Program-made: the position numbers and the translations under genes | From: Candidatus Magasanikiibacteriota bacterium | GTDB lineage: Bacteria; Patescibacteriota; Patescibacteriia; Magasanikbacterales; GWA2-37-8 | Direction: 5' to 3' | Assembly: GCA_030650025.1 (NCBI GenBank) | Contig: JAUSEN010000005.1 | Span: forward strand, 3,631 to 67,630 | DNA: 64,000 bases | In this document: positions 11,001 to 18,289 of the stretch, piece by piece | Layout of the letters: the number at the start of each line of letters is the position of its first letter | How positions within the stretch are numbered: the stretch's first letter is position 1 | Notes under the pieces: generated by a model | Told to the model about the DNA's origin: nothing | Seen by the model: the letters and a program-made list of their open reading frames with translations, nothing else | The model's database searches: none

Positions 11001-11471
11001 AGGTGAAGCGGTGATTTGTTTTCTAGGGGTAAGAGTTTCACCAGCGACAGAAATTTCTAAATAAATGGTTTGGTTGTTTTGAAAAATACTAGAGTCGAGT
11101 GAATTAGTACCCGTGTCGCCAAGATTTATTGAAAATAGTCCGTTGGTTGGGGTGACATTGATTGTGCTGGTGGTAGGAAGAGTCCCGGAAGCCGTGTAGA
11201 GAGCCGTGCCGCCAGATGAAGCGCTGTATAAAACAAACTTCATGGCGACAGTAGTCGTGATAGCGAAGTTGCTCGAGTTTAACATTTTCCCTTGGTAAGT
11301 GATGAGGGCCGGGGCCGTGGCGGCGCGAGCAACAGAAGAATTGAAAATTGTCCCGCCGCGAGCGGGATCCCGCAGTGGCGGGAAAAATTGAAAAATTACA
11401 AATAACAAAATCACACCGATACCAAAAAATGACCGGCTTAACTTAACTTTTGCCCGACTTTTTTTCTGCAT
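5073..11471 (-). CDS. Giant Thr/Ser/Gly-rich surface/adhesin-like protein with YadA-head-like repeats, putative C-terminal autoprocessing chaperone domain and Pro-rich tail
   Basis: ITYQGK N-terminal module, VGIGTT repeats, 14-aa 'ASGxxSxAIG' repeats, DLAELYP...EPGD...GIVS...VALAGRVP motif. Alternative start 11504. Confidence 0.8.
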   Translation of the reverse strand: MQKKSRAKVKLSRSFFGIGVILLFVIFQFFPPLRDPARGGTIFNSSVARAATAPALITYQGKMLNSSNFAITTTVAMKFVLYSASSGGTALYTASGTLPTTSTINVTPTNGLFSINLGDTGTNSLDSSIFQNNQTIYLEISVAGETLTPRKQITASPFSFNSKYLDGVAATSSASTSTYIPISDSSGNFSLRNVTSTGLAITGTSTFPGSGIWGIGGVWGSSGKVGIGTTTPGYSLDIWGNGGGAGTRVRINDPTYAILTLGTPSIPFAANVAWDSGANALELKANSNAPSSTVDIYTNDIRRMIITASGTVGIGTASPGYTLDVQGTLGVSSTSTLATTTITASKPLLVNRILSTDAIATGITLQNQTFSPGGTHTAVDISPIYSAEDESHNAVRINAQQNGAAASLYSLDVYARKATAATTLTTMVAGAFNLVPTAGTITNGYNLVVQNQTGAGIFTNTAGLQIFNLSTVGGATSYGIHIDTQSANATTTRAINLSGVGVSNAIRMGGSANIYANAANNLRFADSTNVRGLDFNLTAAGDQTITSFGGGNIAFTTTTQTSSTITTANITTLNISALNPTSLTWTNATGTNLILTNATSTRLHVSGTSFTSDALLDFTTGRALTGSRYQIGRNTDGNLQFNVPAVNNGFRFSANGVPFMNISSTNITIGSDVVANPDGFEAISDLYINTTPVLTSGDDYGMVVYQLTDGSGTIANSLTGLFMQVGRVSDGATYTGGFTGGQFIAQAPSTGSVSSLIGVNAYVSTLGASVNDATGILGQVSLSGGAVTTSIALNGSISSSGGTHINAYGLYIAPISATAGTIANVYGARIEAPATGTTKWTLGVGTGNSYVRGSLVIGASSTPAYALDIQGTLGVSATSTFTTTTQVSSTITTANITTLNISSLTPTDLTWTNATGTNTILTNATATTFVVTGNEQINGALGLGTAPLTSAIFRIATTTALTGGTNVPGISNTVTVNSAANSGSYIADSSNLTTAGLGAVELSGSLIGSRGTAASAGDVASLIGSLEGLRGTVNISGGTVTSSYALRAQEIISAGTSTQMAGLYIPAITSSGGFIGTSYGFLIDAPGVGGTQWTAGIGTGNSYVRGSLVIGASSTPAYALDIQGTLGVSATSTFTTTTQASSTITNLHITTLADFGSATVTGLASADLSDTANIALLDANQTFTGNNTLSGLNTFSNTTTFTATTTFRTSTFSSSTITTANISTLNGTTILGTTFNGLTITNNGTNVLTIAAGKTLTANNSIAFTGTDSTTMTLPTVSATLAGLAIDQTFTGLNTFSNTTTFTATTTFTTTTQASSTITTANIGTLIFSSLGLVSSPVMRNATDTDTGIYFPSATAVGITTNGAERFSITDSAAILTQAARTSGTSTALTVIGGAHTSLTATAEVIDLDLAFNRTLQWAAGNVALQRAALLRAPTYSFTASSTISEAATFAVDRSPVVGSFATLTLAYTLGINSSGDNSAAEAAIGAAIVPPGIAAGKGAADLRIGLAVVAPGASSINLGNQTSTLTGFFPLYIASVGLAASSTRTITNVASAYILGAPSNIANVTFTNGPYAFWVDADTSRFDGSVTIGGTSSTPAAKLEVIDGAIMASGTTGATPGSGIGTRLMWIPAKAAFRAGQVTGDQWDDGNIGASSTALGYNTLASGNSAVVIGSSSTASGISSVAIGALTFANNTVATAIGYAVTASGVNSVGLGTNLTASATGSMALGNRITVSGENSFGIGVSSTVYSLSAANTFAVVGGRSLFGTTTLPTTTFQVYVDGGADTSPGLGVRGYIQASGFITASASLDLAELYPISMACYETNSCPEPGDAVCLTGGLPARIEKCGTAYSPKAIGIVSANPGFTLGGLDSSTTRKVALAGRVPLKILAANKVIRAGDRLTTSDIPGFAQKASEPGPTIAIAAEDYPSETSFEDGTILAFVNNSWAFPNGVLEATNTPPRTDGFWGTILQWLKQFGIEIEQGVLRVKEFFADKIHTQILCVGDTCVDESKLKDLLNNSALSPAVLDPLVTLPPSSPAPAPVLDSQPAPTTADPSVDLDSPNVATTTETVIIVTDTAAPAPTAPSLPPEPTEPVIAPEEAAAPAPAEPIAASIVEAISLPPAEPTPSPTLAPAPE
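8059..8941. repeat. 124-bp exact direct repeat (8059-8182 and 8818-8941) inside giant surface gene
   Basis: Identical by inspection; offset 759 nt = 253 codons. Confidence 0.9.
11351..11383. repeat. 33-nt palindromic element in frame in surface gene; related inverted copy at 23845-23876
   Basis: tcccgccgcgagcgggatcccgcagtggcggga; its reverse complement nearly equals tcccgccacagcgggatcccgcctcgcggcgg. Confidence 0.8.
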
Positions 11472-11772
11472 AAATATAACCTCAAAGCATTTTGCCAGAG
11501 GCATACATTATTATAACACTTTTTCCGCCTTTAAACGACTTTAGTTTATCCACTTTTTGACGCTGTAAAATTTATACCGCTCACGGGAGATTTTTGGCTT
11601 AAAATAAAGAGACTTTGTGGAAAAAATTTAAATAAAATAAAAAATATCAATACGCCAATAATGATACAGCGCCCAGCCAGACCGCCCTCACTCTGGCCAG
11701 AATTATTTCTGGACAAAGTGAGATGCCCATTTTGAACGTGTTGGGCGCACGAGAAGAATTACGTGGATAAGG

Positions 11773-12465
11773 CTACGACCCGGCCTCGCGGGCAAGCGCC
11801 GACCACCACTCTTCCATCGCCGCCATCACTGCCATGAAGCCGGCCTGGAAGTCGTTCTTGGCTGACGGCGCGCCGAGCAGAGGCGCGGCGGCGAGCCGCA
11901 ACTCCTTTTCGTGGCTCGGCTCCCAGACCTTGAGGTGGTGGTCAAAAAAGGCCTTGGTTTCTGCCGCGAGCGGCCTCCCCGCCGCCAGGTACCGCACGAG
12001 GCTAAGCACTACCTCGAGTTCCGGAACCGCCGTGTCTTCCAAGGCATAGGCGGCGCCCACGGCGCGGTACGCGTTCTTGTTCCCAAGTTCCGCCAGCAGC
12101 CGCCGGATGAACCGATCGGTCGCGGCCGACTGGGTGTGCGCGTGCACATCGAACAAAAACTCCCGGCGCAGGGCGGTGGCGAGCAACTGATGGTGCGGCA
12201 CACCCTCCGAATCTGACCCCAACTCCTGCCCGATGTTGCGCGCGAGCTCGCGCGCCACGCCGTCCCAGCCCTGCCGAACGGCACCCTGCCGGGCGAGCCC
12301 GAGGAGGTGCGCGACGTGGCGCGTGAACGTCTGGTACTGCACGAGCGCGTGCTCCAGGTTGACCACGGCCTTGCCGCTCGCCACCGGGTTGGTCTTCAGC
12401 TTGAGAAACAGCACCGTCTTGAGCGTGAGCTGAAGCGAGCGGAAAAAGCTCTGGAGAGCTTCCAT
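11773..12465 (-). CDS. Heme-oxygenase-like di-iron redox enzyme (HDO / TenA-PqqC-CADD superfamily)
   Basis: NIGQELG...HH, GAAYALE, HHLKVWEPSH metal-ligand pattern; AGGAG 8 nt before ATG 12465; very GC-rich. Confidence 0.7.
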   Translation of the reverse strand: MEALQSFFRSLQLTLKTVLFLKLKTNPVASGKAVVNLEHALVQYQTFTRHVAHLLGLARQGAVRQGWDGVARELARNIGQELGSDSEGVPHHQLLATALRREFLFDVHAHTQSAATDRFIRRLLAELGNKNAYRAVGAAYALEDTAVPELEVVLSLVRYLAAGRPLAAETKAFFDHHLKVWEPSHEKELRLAAAPLLGAPSAKNDFQAGFMAVMAAMEEWWSALAREAGS

Positions 12466-12663
12466 TGGTTTTTCTCCTGTCAAACAACCATCCCGCAGTT
12501 GCGGGCGCCACGACTGCATCGCACCATGCGACACTATCATCGTAACTTACGAGTCTACACTAATTTCTCTATTCTGTCAATCATTTCTATATCATTTTAT
12601 TGACATTTTAGTTTTTTACTTGACTATTAGCTAAAAGAATGATATAAAATAAATTGACAAACT

Positions 12664-13395
12664 ATGGTTTTGCAGGACCAACTAAAACAACTTGGCCTTA
12701 ACCACTCGGAAATTGTGGTCTATTTGTTTTTGTTAGAAAATGGCCTATCCACTCCCCCAATTGTTTCACATGGAACAAAAATTGCCCGGACTAACTGCTA
12801 TAACATTTTAAAAGAATTAAAAAATAAAGACCTAGTAACCGAACAAGCGGCTGGCAAGCGTAAGGCCTATTTAGCCCATGACCCAGAGTCTTTGCTACAC
12901 GGGCTGGAGAGGAAACGCGAAATTATTAGCCAGATTCTGCCCGATCTGCGCGGCCTGTTTACCACCCAAAAAAACAAGCCAAAAATAAGGTTTTTTGATG
13001 GCATAGAACAAGTGCGGCAAATCTACTTAGCCAGCTTGGAGGCTAAACAGATTTATGGCTTTACTTCCATGAACCAGTTCCTAGATGTCTTCAAAAAACC
13101 TGGTCTGGATTATCTAACAGAACTGGCTAAAAGAAAGATATTTTTTAACGATGTCCTGTCTCATACATCCCGGGCATATGGCGCTCCCGAGATGAAAAAA
13201 ATTCTTGGAGGGCTTTATACATATCATTTTTTGCCCCCAGAATACAAAGAATTCCCAACTGATATGATAATTTGGGACGACAACATCGCTTTGTTAACAC
13301 TTAATGAGCCTGTGTTTGGTACCATTTTAACTAACAAAACCATGGCTAACACCTTTAAAATTATCCACCAAGTTATGTGGAATGCGACTAATTAA
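12664..13395 (+). CDS. TrmB-family transcriptional regulator (copy 1)
   Basis: LGLNHSEIVVYLFLL winged-HTH, P-x-IRFFDG linker, IWDDNIAL C-domain. Confidence 0.85.
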   Translation: MVLQDQLKQLGLNHSEIVVYLFLLENGLSTPPIVSHGTKIARTNCYNILKELKNKDLVTEQAAGKRKAYLAHDPESLLHGLERKREIISQILPDLRGLFTTQKNKPKIRFFDGIEQVRQIYLASLEAKQIYGFTSMNQFLDVFKKPGLDYLTELAKRKIFFNDVLSHTSRAYGAPEMKKILGGLYTYHFLPPEYKEFPTDMIIWDDNIALLTLNEPVFGTILTNKTMANTFKIIHQVMWNATN

Positions 13396-13593
13396 ATTGT
13401 TCGTTGTGAAACATTTAGCGAGAATTTATTTGAAATAGGCTAATATTAGAAAAATACACATTTTATTTGTATAGAATAGTGTATACAATATCCACAGTTA
13501 GGGTGGTTTATGCACTAAGTTATCCACAGGGTCATTCGACCCTGCAAGCAGGCTACTCTGAATACAGAAGATGCATGTTGAAAAATTAACTGA

Positions 13594-13622
13594 TTGACAA
13601 AACGTGTTTTTTGTGCTATACT
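13594..13622 (+). promoter_or_regulatory. Sigma70-type promoter
   Basis: TTGACA-17nt-TATACT with TG extended -10. Confidence 0.7.
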
Positions 13623-13719
13623 TACTCTTGTAAGCTTATATTCCCTGGATACAGGGAAGTAACCCTGGGGCAAAGTTTGTAGCGCCAATGCTATAGACAT
13701 TAATTTTTAACATGGCAAT

Positions 13720-13854
13720 ATGTCGCAATTAGTAAATCATGTTAATCAAAGCCTCAAAGCCGCCGAGTATCAACTCTCGGTGACAGTCTACGCCATCTCA
13801 ATGGCATGGGTTCTCGGGTTTTTAGTGCCAACCGTGGCACTGATGTACTCGTAA
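13720..13854 (+). CDS. Small 44-aa single-TM membrane protein
   Basis: MSQLVNHVNQSLKAAEYQLSVTVYAISMAWVLGFLVPTVALMYS, lying between a consensus promoter and a terminator-like hairpin (~13903-13929). Confidence 0.55.
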   Translation: MSQLVNHVNQSLKAAEYQLSVTVYAISMAWVLGFLVPTVALMYS

Positions 13855-14034
13855 CTTGTGCTGATATGAGATAAGCAGAAAAATAAAATTTATACCGCTA
13901 CCAAAAATCCCGACAGAATCGGGATTTTCGTGTATATGCGTGTGAATAAATAATGTGAACCAATTATTTTGAGTTTACCCCGCGTAACAGAGTGAAGCAG
14001 GAGGATTTTCGTGTTTTTAGCCAAAAAAATGACC

Positions 14035-14063
14035 TTGACTTTTTGGCTAAAATATGCTATAAT
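14035..14063 (+). promoter_or_regulatory. Sigma70-type promoter with overlapping inverted repeat
   Basis: TTGACT-17nt-TATAAT; ttttagccaaaaa / tttttggctaaaa flank the -35. Confidence 0.7.
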
Positions 14064-14191
14064 ATCTTTGTTAGATTAAGATCTTAGTCGTCGCAAGCGC
14101 TATTTTTTGAATTAGGGAGGGGCCTCTAAATGGGAGGAATCTCTGGTTTGAGATAGGGCGGAACTTCGATAAAATTGATCTTAATTTTTTT

Positions 14192-15700
14192 ATGTCTTCA
14201 TTTATAAATTCACTTGAAAATTGGCTTAAAACTCACCACACATATATATCAACGAGCGTACTGGCTCTTTCTGTCATTGCCACTCTGGGGCTGATCTCGC
14301 CAACCTTTTTGGTTCTGGCTCAAGAACTGCCGGCTACGACAGCGCCTACTGTTTCGTTGGATTCTACAGCCGGTACAGCGCCTCTGCCAGCGCCCGAAAC
14401 TGGAGCCGGCACAGCGACCCAACCGACTCTGGTTGATAATGTGCCACCCTTCTCGGAACCAATATCGCCAGAAGCGGCTGACCATGGGCGTACTGAAGAA
14501 GCGCCCCAGCCTGACCAGCCGTGGTCAGGAGAGAAGCCGCCAGAATCGTCTTTTAATAACAATCGGCCTCCTATAATGCCGGGAACACCGGAACAAAAAG
14601 ATTCTCGCGGAGAATTCCGCGGGTCACAACCAGGCATGAGTGGGCAACAAAATTTTGGCCCTCCCAATGGTGGTGGCCGAAGCGGCCCGGGGGGTGAAAT
14701 GGATGAAGCCAAAATGGCAGCGGAACAAAAACGCCGCGAGGCCCAGCAACTTAAAGGCATGAAGCAGGGTTTGCGGGGTATGGAAAATGGTTTAAAAATG
14801 TTTAAACGGCAAGTGGACCGCCTTGTGAAACAAAAATTAGGCGTGCCTCTAGAAATTAGCGCGACTATCAGCAAAATTGAAACCGCTATAGCCGCGGTAA
14901 AAGCCGCGGAAACATTAGAAGACGCTCAAGCCGCCGGATTAGAGGATATTATGGAGGAAATGCAGAAACTCCATGAGTATCAGGAGATTCTGGAAAAATT
15001 GTCGCGTTGGCCCCAGGCTGTGCGCCAGGTTGACCAGCAGGTTAAACAGCTGGAACGCCAGTTGCGCCAAGATAAAATTTTAGCTACTCGTCTTACCAAA
15101 AGTGGGTTTGATGTCAGTGATGAGCTGGGTAAATTTGAGTCTGGTATTCATGATATTAAGGCTCGGCGCGACCAAGCTAGCGCTCTTATTAGCACTAGCC
15201 CAGACGAAGCTTTTGAGACCTTAGAAAGTGTTTACGAAAAGTTTGATGAGGTCTTAGAGCCAGATCGCGTTATAAAAATGCTCTCTAACCTCGGCCGCTT
15301 TAATGCGGACTTCAAACGCGGCATTACCCAAGCCGAGAGGGATATTAAAGTTCTCAAGGCCAAAAAATTAGACACGACTGTTTTGGCTGGCTATTTAGCC
15401 GAAGCCAAAAATAAGGGCAAAGAGATTCTGGCTCTCATGAAAACCCGGCCTCTTGATGCGGACGCGATTATGATAGCGTTCCAAGAGCTGGATGATATTC
15501 GCCAGGCGTTTGACGAGAACAAAGCCGAGTTGACCGGCGCAGACGAGGACCTGCCTTGGGAAAAAGGCCCCGCCCAATTTAACTTTAATAATCTTTCCAC
15601 AAAGGGAATATCATCGTATGTTACTCCTAAGGCGGAAATGATGGGCGGCGGCGAAAAATTCGGGCCGTCCGGTGGAAACTTCAATAATGGTGGCTTCTAA
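14192..15700 (+). CDS. Exported hypothetical protein: low-complexity Pro/Gly N-half, long helical coiled-coil C-half
   Basis: 502-aa ORF with N-terminal hydrophobic segment; promoter upstream and terminator downstream. Confidence 0.8.
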   Translation: MSSFINSLENWLKTHHTYISTSVLALSVIATLGLISPTFLVLAQELPATTAPTVSLDSTAGTAPLPAPETGAGTATQPTLVDNVPPFSEPISPEAADHGRTEEAPQPDQPWSGEKPPESSFNNNRPPIMPGTPEQKDSRGEFRGSQPGMSGQQNFGPPNGGGRSGPGGEMDEAKMAAEQKRREAQQLKGMKQGLRGMENGLKMFKRQVDRLVKQKLGVPLEISATISKIETAIAAVKAAETLEDAQAAGLEDIMEEMQKLHEYQEILEKLSRWPQAVRQVDQQVKQLERQLRQDKILATRLTKSGFDVSDELGKFESGIHDIKARRDQASALISTSPDEAFETLESVYEKFDEVLEPDRVIKMLSNLGRFNADFKRGITQAERDIKVLKAKKLDTTVLAGYLAEAKNKGKEILALMKTRPLDADAIMIAFQELDDIRQAFDENKAELTGADEDLPWEKGPAQFNFNNLSTKGISSYVTPKAEMMGGGEKFGPSGGNFNNGGF

Positions 15701-15723
15701 AAAATTAATAATACAGCACATTT

Positions 15724-15758
15724 AAAACTCCCCTGACACAATGTCAGGGGAGTTTTTT
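15724..15758. terminator. Bidirectional intrinsic terminator
   Basis: aaaactcccctgaca-caa-tgtcaggggagtttttt. Confidence 0.8.
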
Positions 15759-15856
15759 GGTGGACCTAGCCAGCCCCGCACCACGCTGGGTGCGGGGTAA
15801 AAATCGAACTGCCGTCCCGGCAATGCGCCCCGACGTAAAGTCGGGGTAAAAATGCC
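15758..15856 (-). pseudogene. Degenerate 3' part of tRNA-Ala(CGC), with CCA, interrupted by two hairpin inserts
   Basis: Colinear with the 3' part of the adjacent tRNA once 15774-15801 and 15828-15850 are removed. Confidence 0.8.
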
Positions 15857-15865
15857 TTTGTGTTG

Positions 15866-15936
15866 TGGACCTAGCCAGAATCGGACTGGCGCTTCGGCAA
15901 TGCGAATGCCGCGTCATACCACTAGACCATAGGCCC
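15866..15936 (-). tRNA. tRNA-Ala(CGC)
   Basis: gggccta/taggtcc acceptor with G3:U70; cggca-ttCGCat-tgccg arm. Confidence 0.92.
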
Positions 15937-15980
15937 GAAAGTTTTTTCATTATACCTGATAACTGGTTTAAATCAAGTTG

Positions 15981-16052
15981 TGGCCCCGGCGCGAATCGAA
16001 CGCACATCCAACCCTTAGGACGGGCTTGTTTTATCCATTAAACTACAGGGCC
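15981..16052 (-). tRNA. tRNA-Arg(CCT)
   Basis: ggccctg/cggggcc acceptor; agccc-gtCCTaa-gggtt arm; TTCGA T-loop. Confidence 0.92.
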
Positions 16053-16057
16053 AAATT

Positions 16058-16837
16058 TTATTTTCTTATTGGTTTTGAATATCGCCACGCCATCTCAAAT
16101 AACCCTTTAAGGATGTTGGCGAGCGCTTGGCTCTCAATTAACACGCCCATACGGTTTGGCTGCTGCAACAGCGCCAGCGCGACCCTGTTATCGTAAATAT
16201 TAATTTCACCTCCGAACTCTAAAATACCAGGGAGGTCGCTCGGTTTAATCCACCGAAAGTCGGTATATTTTTTGGAACCGCGGTAGTGGTGCATCCACTC
16301 TCTCCCGGATGGCGTATCGAGAAACAAAATCCGCTCATGAATTTTTCGTGCGCTGCGCTCGCGGTTATAACCCTTTCCCCAGGCCCTTAATTCCTCGCTA
16401 TTCCAACCCTCGATATCTAGAATAGAAAAAATTTCACCTTTGGCTTCGAGCGTCTCAGAGAAAATATTTTTGATTCCGAGCACACCCTCCTGATAACGAA
16501 TAGTTGGCTTCTCCGCAATCTTATACAATGAAACTAATTCTGGCAAGAGCCGCTCCGCCTCTTTACTACGGCGCGCCCATTGGTTCTCGCGATTTTTTAC
16601 ATACTGCAAAAGGCTCCGAGGGTGGTTGGCCGAATATTTAATTTTAGCGCCCGCGCCCGACACGCGGTCCACTAAGCCGTGGAGAGCCAGGCGCTCCAGC
16701 ACATCATAGCCGAGGGTGCGGGTGATATTGGCTTTGGCAGTAATTTCCGAAACTGTTGCTGGCCCCAATGCCAAGAGAGCTTCATAGACACGAGCTTCGC
16801 TTTCTTCGAGCCCAATATTTTTTAGATTGGTCGGCAT
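16058..16837 (-). CDS. TrmB-family transcriptional regulator (copy 2)
   Basis: IGLEESEARVYEALL, PTIRYQEG, NIYDNRVAL. Confidence 0.85.
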   Translation of the reverse strand: MPTNLKNIGLEESEARVYEALLALGPATVSEITAKANITRTLGYDVLERLALHGLVDRVSGAGAKIKYSANHPRSLLQYVKNRENQWARRSKEAERLLPELVSLYKIAEKPTIRYQEGVLGIKNIFSETLEAKGEIFSILDIEGWNSEELRAWGKGYNRERSARKIHERILFLDTPSGREWMHHYRGSKKYTDFRWIKPSDLPGILEFGGEINIYDNRVALALLQQPNRMGVLIESQALANILKGLFEMAWRYSKPIRK

Positions 16838-17054
16838 ACTATAAAACAGTGTACCACTGGGTGGTGAATTGTGTCAATCTAAATTTACAATAATTATTTT
16901 ATTACTAATTTATTGCTAACATTAGAGGTTGCTTATTACTAATTTTGTGTGCTGATATTCACAATATTATTAAATTTAGCTACAGTAACACTCGTTATTC
17001 TACAACTTCGCGAATTGTCGCGAGGGAGGATTAACAGGCTATCAGGAGGTGGCC

Positions 17055-17789
17055 ATGCGCAAAGTTTTTAATGAAAAGAACCACGTGCGTTTCGAGCTTC
17101 TGCGCGATTGGAGGTGGCAGAGGGACTTCGTGAGGAAGCGTACCAAAACGCAGGAAGCTATGCTGGCGCATATGAGTGAGTGCGGCAAATGCATCTTAAC
17201 CTACATGCAGTGGTTCCCGTACGAGTTCAACCGGCGTCGGGTGCTCTACCCGAAGCACGGATACCGTCGCGGCGGCCACGTCATTTGGGAGGTCCTTAAA
17301 GAGAGGGTTTATTTCGCTGACACGCTTGAGCCCGCGCAGGAAGCGCAGATCGTGGAGCATCTCTCGAAATGCGTACCGTGTCGCGCCTTCGCGGAGAGTG
17401 AAGAACAGCGACAGAGGCAGAGCGCCTCATGCCTTCGGCAGGAGCCCTCGAACATTAACCACTACGCGATTCGGATCCCGTTCGAGATCGAGGGGCGATG
17501 CTTCGAGGCGGTCGGGTTCCTCCGCAACGATGAGGCTGCGGTATACAACCGAGAGGCATTCGTCCGTACGGCTGGCGAGAACGGTGGTCCCATCAAGGAG
17601 GAAGACGAAGCATTCCTCCTGAAGCATTGCGCCCAGATTCCCTGGAAGCTGCGTCCCTACTGGCTCATCACCGCCAAAGGCACCAACCTGTGCCGACACG
17701 GCACGCATAACTACTGCGATGGGCGCAATTTTAGTTGGCAAGGCGCCATGCTCAAAGAAAGAGACCTCGTGGTGCGCCGCGTTCGATAG
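17055..17789 (+). CDS. GC-rich hypothetical protein with two H-x3-C-x2-C (zf-HC2/ZAS-like) motifs
   Basis: HMSECGKC and HLSKCVPC; AGGAGG before ATG 17055. Confidence 0.65.
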   Translation: MRKVFNEKNHVRFELLRDWRWQRDFVRKRTKTQEAMLAHMSECGKCILTYMQWFPYEFNRRRVLYPKHGYRRGGHVIWEVLKERVYFADTLEPAQEAQIVEHLSKCVPCRAFAESEEQRQRQSASCLRQEPSNINHYAIRIPFEIEGRCFEAVGFLRNDEAAVYNREAFVRTAGENGGPIKEEDEAFLLKHCAQIPWKLRPYWLITAKGTNLCRHGTHNYCDGRNFSWQGAMLKERDLVVRRVR

Positions 17790-18001
17790 ACAAACGTCGC
17801 TAGTGATGCCTCAACCTCTCCTCATCAAGCCCTGGTTCTTACCTGCGCCCCAGCCGCAGTTCAAGCTCATTCGAGCCTGCTGGGAATCTCTTGTTGAATT
17901 CAAAACTTGTTGGATCCAAGAAGCGAGCCCTGAACCCTACGTGGTTCAGGGATAACAAAAAATCCCTTCCAAAATTGGCTGGGATTTTTTGATTAAAATT
18001 A

Positions 18002-18268
18002 TTATTTTTCTAATACTACTTCTAGCGCCGCTTTGACCGAAGCATTGTTCGTTGACAACAAAACCACTTTCCCCGGGCGGGCGGCCATGAGCGGGGTAAT
18101 AAATTCATCGGCCCACGACGGGGTTAAAACTTGCACGCCGCTAAAATCAATTTCTATTAGTTCAGTTTTGTCTTTTGGAAAAGTATAAGCCTCTGCGGCT
18201 AAATACGCTTCTTTGCCAGCCGGGCGCGAAGTAAGATTAAGACCGAATTTTTTTAGTTCCAGACGCAT
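18002..18268 (-). CDS. STAS-like (DUF4325) protein
   Basis: LTSRPAG, IDFSGVQVLTPSWADE motif. Confidence 0.8.
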   Translation of the reverse strand: MRLELKKFGLNLTSRPAGKEAYLAAEAYTFPKDKTELIEIDFSGVQVLTPSWADEFITPLMAARPGKVVLLSTNNASVKAALEVVLEK

Positions 18269-18289
18269 ATGGTTTACTTGAGACGCGAC

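Noticed and set aside
15744-16196. ORFs overlapping tRNAs (also 32046-32267, 48814-49229, 63718-63972)
   Set aside because: They are translations of tRNA genes and repeats.
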